Shown one piece after another: positions 59,570-64,000 of a DNA stretch of 64,000 bases. Positions within the stretch are counted from its first letter, which is position 1. Each line of letters starts with the position of its first letter. The position numbers were made by a program, and so were the translations under genes. The notes beneath the pieces were generated by a model, which was not told where the DNA came from, made no database searches, and worked only from the letters and a program-made list of their open reading frames with translations. This stretch comes from Eledone cirrhosa (taxonomy: Eukaryota): assembly GCA_964016885.1 (NCBI GenBank), contig OZ024742.1, positions 111,786,001 through 111,850,000 on the forward strand, in the 5' to 3' direction.

Positions 59570-61896
59570 AAGCAGTGGAAAAAGATGGGAAAGACCACTT
59601 ACCTCACTTCTTGTGGAGGAAGGATGGTTTTTCCGTACTTCTTACTGTTTGTGGCCACTTCCGGAAGGATGTCTTTATAACTCCTCCTGGAAAGTGTTTG
59701 TCGGAAGTCTCCGATATCATTGGGGACTTTTGATGTTTGTGTCGTGTATATTTTCTGTTTGATGCCAGTGATTTGTATGTGTGGTGGTGGTCTGAATATA
59801 GGGGGTGCTGTATAATCTTTTTCTGTGATGCTGGTGTTGTATTAGATGTAGTGTAATAATTGGTTGTTGTACAAATTTAATTGTTTCTACTTTTGGCACA
59901 AAGCCAGCAATTAATCCAGTGCATTACTGGTACTTTATTTCATCGAGCCCGTAAGGATGAAAGTCAAAGTTAACCTCGGCGGGATTGGAACCCAGACCCT
60001 AAAGGGACGTAACTATGTTGTAAAGCATGGCGTCTGACCCTCTACCGATACTGCCAATCGTACAGATTTAATAGTTTCTTATATAGGAACAAAGCCAGCA
60101 ATTTTGGGGGAGGGGAAAGTCGATTAAATCGACTTCAGTGCGTGACTGGTACTTTATTTTATCGACCCCGTAAGGATGAAAGGCAAAGTTAACCTTGGCG
60201 GGACTTGAACTCAGATCATGCTGGAAAAATGGCGTCCGACCCTCTACTGTTGGTGATGGTAGTGTTGGGGTTAATGATGGTGATGGTGTTGGTGTTTGTC
60301 GTGATGGGGCTGGTGATGCTGGTGTGGGTGGTAGCATAGCTGTCTTAACTCTTTTGTTTGTTTGTTTTTGGGGGGGCGAAAGAAGAGGATTTTTTACTTT
60401 TTGGTTTCTTTTTTTTTTCTTCTTTTCAGATACAGTTTTCCACTCCTCCTCGTCGTCACAGGTTGTTTCCAGTTGTGAAAGGTCGAGGAGTGGAAAATGC
60501 TCCACAGGCATTGATTTTGGTTGTGGCGTGGTGGATGGTGGAGGCGCTGGTGCAAATTCTGGTGCAGTGTGTGGTGGTGCTGTTGGTTTTGCTACTGTTG
60601 GTGCTACTGTTGCTGTTATTGTTGCTGTTACAATTGCTTCTGTTGTTGCTGTTACAGTTATCTCTGCTATTTCTGCTGCTGGTTTGTATGGTTGATTCAT
60701 AGGAATGGGCAGGAAAGGTGGCCTCAACCTTTTTAGCCTGAGGGCAGAAAGCCTTTAGGTGGGTTCCTTCGCCACAAACGACACACCTAGGCCTTCTAAC
60801 CTCAACGATTACTGTGGGGTGGCTGCCGTCTTTGAGGTCTATCACCTCTGGAATTTCCTGTATGTTTTTTTGTTCCGCTTGGATCAGGAGCTCTTCCCAG
60901 AACCTGACCTGTTCCCCTGCTTTATTTTTATCACCTCAATTACTTTTATGTCGGCGTCGATGTCGGCGAGGACGGTAGCCATTAGCCATGGAATTTCAAT
61001 GGCCGGCGGAACCTGGGTCACCCTGATCCTTACCAGCCTCTTACCACAATAGCTTGGGACAAGTGTGAACTCGTCATTTTTTAATGGGGCCATGGAGTGC
61101 TCTCTGGATTCCTGTGCGTTTCCAAAGAACACGTCCACGGTTCCATTTCATATTTTTGCCCACGTCCAATGTTGGATTTTTGAGCCCGCACATGTCCCAA
61201 AACCTTTTGTATCTGGGACTCGGATGCTCGTTCCACTCGGAATGTTTTAATATTTATTGTGTGATATGACACGGTGCATAGGCGCCGATGTTCCATGGTA
61301 TTAGGTGGGGGTGAGGCTAGATCTGTAACCATATTTTTTTACCATTCACTTGGCTTCATTCAATTCATCCTGGCTTACCTCAACCGTTCGATTTTGTTTT
61401 CCGCTTTAGCAAACGACACATTTGGTTTTGCCCTGGTGTTGATGTTGTTGTTCTTATTGCTTCTGTTGTTGCTGTTGTTGTTATTGTGATTTTTGTTATT
61501 ACTATGTTTAGTTTCAGTTGTGGTGGTGGTGGTGGTGGTGTCAGCGGTGTTCGGCGTGGAAGGGTCGATTTTGTTAGAATCCATTTCGATATCACGAGAT
61601 AATAATTTATTTTTTGTTTCAGTTGTTGCTGTCGTGGTGGGGGTTTTATCAGTGGTCTTGCTTGTTGTTTTTTTCTTACATTTTGGTGGTGGGGATGGCG
61701 GCTTTAACACATGTAGACATTGATAATGGTGGAAAATCCATGTCTGCATGTGACAAATTTAAATAATTGCCACTGCTATTACTTATATTTTCAGTGTAGC
61801 AACCGTAGCAGGGTTTACAGTGGTTGTGGCGGTGGTGGGAGATGTTAATCTGGTGGAAACGCTGTCAGCAGAATTGGGTAGCTGTATGATGTCCAT
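59570..61896 (-). pseudogene. Tx1/L1 ORF1 (gag-like, CCHC knuckle), disrupted
   Basis: CVVCGEGTHLKAFC knuckle near 60740-60790; T/P-rich low-complexity tracts; lies upstream of ORF2. Confidence 0.7.
59882..60247 (-). mobile_element. Two tRNA-derived SINE copies (59882-60059, 60074-60247) inserted in Tx1 ORF1
   Basis: Match the 25621-25806 SINE; the second has a longer 3' segment and an internal deletion. Confidence 0.85.
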
Positions 61897-62092
61897 GTCA
61901 TTGTTTGATAAAATAAAGTTTAAACTTTGGGCTGAAGGCCCGAATATTATTGAGTGTCCTTTTCAGAAAGGAATATATGTGAACTTATAAACGCTTAACA
62001 ACAAATATTTTCCATAACTGACAATTTGAAACAACGGAAAACGACAAACCTTTGTGGAGCTCACGATAATACAATTTCTTACGTAGCACGCC

Positions 62093-62129
<37 letters not shown>

Positions 62130-62133
<4 letters not shown>

Positions 62134-62884
62134 AATGACAAGGAAAGCCTCTGTATGGAAAATACCCAGAAAGACCTAACAATCCTGATGTTGAAAAAAA
62201 TTTAACCCATCAGTGGTTGGCATCCTCTGAACTGACATCGGAGACTGAAGGACTGATTATATCAGCACAAGATCAGTGTCTGCCAAGAAAAAATTACCAA
62301 GCCAACATAACAAAAAATGGATGCAACCCATTATGCCGTGTATGTAAAAAACAACCAAAGACCATTGATCATATAATTTCAATGTGCAGTCCTATAGCTC
62401 CAACCGGATACCTAAATAGTCATGACAGAGCTGCACAATACATACATTGGATAATGTGTAAGCATTTTGACCTGCCCCATCAAAAGAATTGGTGCGAGCA
62501 TGAGCCACCTCCCAAACTTGAAAAAGATCAGATCTCAATCTTGTGGAACTTTAAGATCCAAATAGACCGAAAAATAGATGCAAATAGACCTGATATAATA
62601 CTGTAGGCACTCTAGGAATGATACCTAAGGGGTCCAATGATTACTTATCGCAAATACCAGGAAACCCGCGTATAGGAGAAATACAAAAGATAGTACTAAT
62701 GGGAACCGCCCACATACTAAGGAAGATTATGTCAATATAAGTACATCACAAGTCTAAACACCTAATGATGCATGTGTTTGTATGTATGTTCTTTCTTGAA
62801 CATGGCGGACCTTGTTGTCTCTTGAGGTCACTGGTTGTGACTTGGTGATAACTCGTATGAACATAAAGCAAGATAAATGCAACT

Positions 62885-62885
<1 letters not shown>
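62130..62885 (+). mobile_element. R4/Dong-clade non-LTR retrotransposon 3' fragment
   Basis: ETEGLIISAQDQ, CRVC..TIDHIISMC (CCHC), SHD (RHD motif), ILWNFKIQ, NRPDI restriction-like endonuclease; bounded by (AAT)n. Confidence 0.85.
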
Positions 62886-62925
<40 letters not shown>

Positions 62926-62929
62926 TCCT

Positions 62930-63765
62930 TCAGGAAAAATCCCTTCATAGTACCTCTCTGAGAAAACTGAATTTAGAGATCCACAGACATGGAACTGGTT
63001 GAAAAGAGGAGACCTTAAAAAGGCTACAGAAGGAATGCTAATGGCTGCGCAGGAGCAGGCCCTCAAAATGAAGTGGTTGAAATACCACATTTACAAGGAG
63101 GAGGCTAGCCCACTGTGCAGGATCTATGGAGAGAGAGAGGAGACTGTGGCTCACATTGTATCCGAGTGTAAACACCTTGCCCAGACTCACTATAAGGGCT
63201 GGAGACATGATGTGATGGGCAGGGTGATCCACTGGCACCTATGCAAAGTAAACAATTTACCACATTCTGAGAAGTGGTATGAGCATAAGCCAGAGGCGGT
63301 GATAGAAAACGATCAGGTGAAGGTGCTGTGGGATTTTAGGATACAGACGGACAAGAAACTGGAACACAATAGACCTGACCTGGTGGTTTTGGACAAAGAA
63401 AAAAGATCGTGCCTGATTGTGGATGTGGCCAGCCCATTCGACACGAGACTGCAAGAGAAGGAGAGGGAGAAAATTAACCGATACCAGGACTTAATGTGAG
63501 AGGTAAAAAGGATTTGGAACTGCCATGAAGTCAAAGTGATCCCGATTGCCATAGGCGCACTAGGGACTATCTCAAAAAGTTTCCAGGGATGGTTAAAGAA
63601 AATTGGCCCCTTCACGCTTTTTGGAACGCTTCAAAAGGCGTGCTTGCTGGGAACAGCAAGAACCCTCCGATACGTCCTGAATATCTGAGGCTGCAGGTAG
63701 TGGCTTGATATTCATCTCAACAAACTTTCCAGTTAACTAACATCAATGACTGAGACTCAAAGAGT
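62930..63765 (+). mobile_element. R4/Dong-clade 3' fragment, second family
   Basis: ATEGMLMAAQEQAL, ETVAHIVSEC, RHD, VLWDFRIQTD, NRPDLVV..IVDVASPFD, KINRYQDL, VIPIAIGALG; bounded by (AAT)n. Confidence 0.9.
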
Positions 63766-63811
63766 AATAACAATAATAATAATAATAATTATTATTATTA
63801 TTATTATTATA

Positions 63812-64000
63812 ACAACCGAATACCTAAACAGGCATGACAGAGCTGCACAATACAGGCATTTGTTAATTTTTAAGCATTTTTACCTGTCCCATCACAAAAA
63901 TTGGTGGGAGCATCAACCACCTCCCGTACTTGAAAAAGATCAAGTCTCAATCTTGTGGAACTTTAGCATCCAAACAGACTGAAAAATAGATGCAAATAGA
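63812..64000 (+). mobile_element. R4/Dong-clade fragment, same family as 62130-62885, cut by the window end
   Basis: TEYLNRHDRAAQY..WWEHQPPPVLEKDQVSILWNFSIQTD. Confidence 0.85.

Larger units (their letters stand above)
56003..62092 (-). mobile_element. Full-length decayed Tx1/L1-clade LINE flanked by (AAT)n
   Basis: Two-ORF layout; AATAAA followed by an (ATT)n tail at the 3' end (56003); (AAT)n also beyond the 5' end. Confidence 0.88.

Overview
AT-rich eukaryotic DNA, 64 kb, almost entirely repeats. The repeat content suggests a cephalopod such as Octopus (inference). I found no host protein-coding gene, rRNA or tRNA gene I can support. The window holds nested mobile elements: Penelope-like elements (PLEs), a near-intact RTE LINE, a full-length decayed Tx1/L1 LINE, R4/Dong 3' fragments, DD37D (maT) and DD34D (mariner) remnants, and tRNA-derived SINEs, mostly inside (TA)n or (AAT)n microsatellites. 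The main signal missed by the ORF track is RNA structure. Two near-identical non-coding tandem arrays carry a type I hammerhead ribozyme (HHR) in every monomer and look like retrozymes. One has a 310-bp unit and forms a giant head-to-head palindrome (18401-22314, 12 HHRs). The other has a 485-bp unit (38560-42600, 8 HHRs), and its 5' junction lies 5 nt from the predicted self-cleavage site. About seven more HHR families sit in PLE terminal repeats and short fold-back elements, with recurrent core variants (U3-A8 swap; U.U at the base of stem II). All structures were folded by eye; none was computed or tested.
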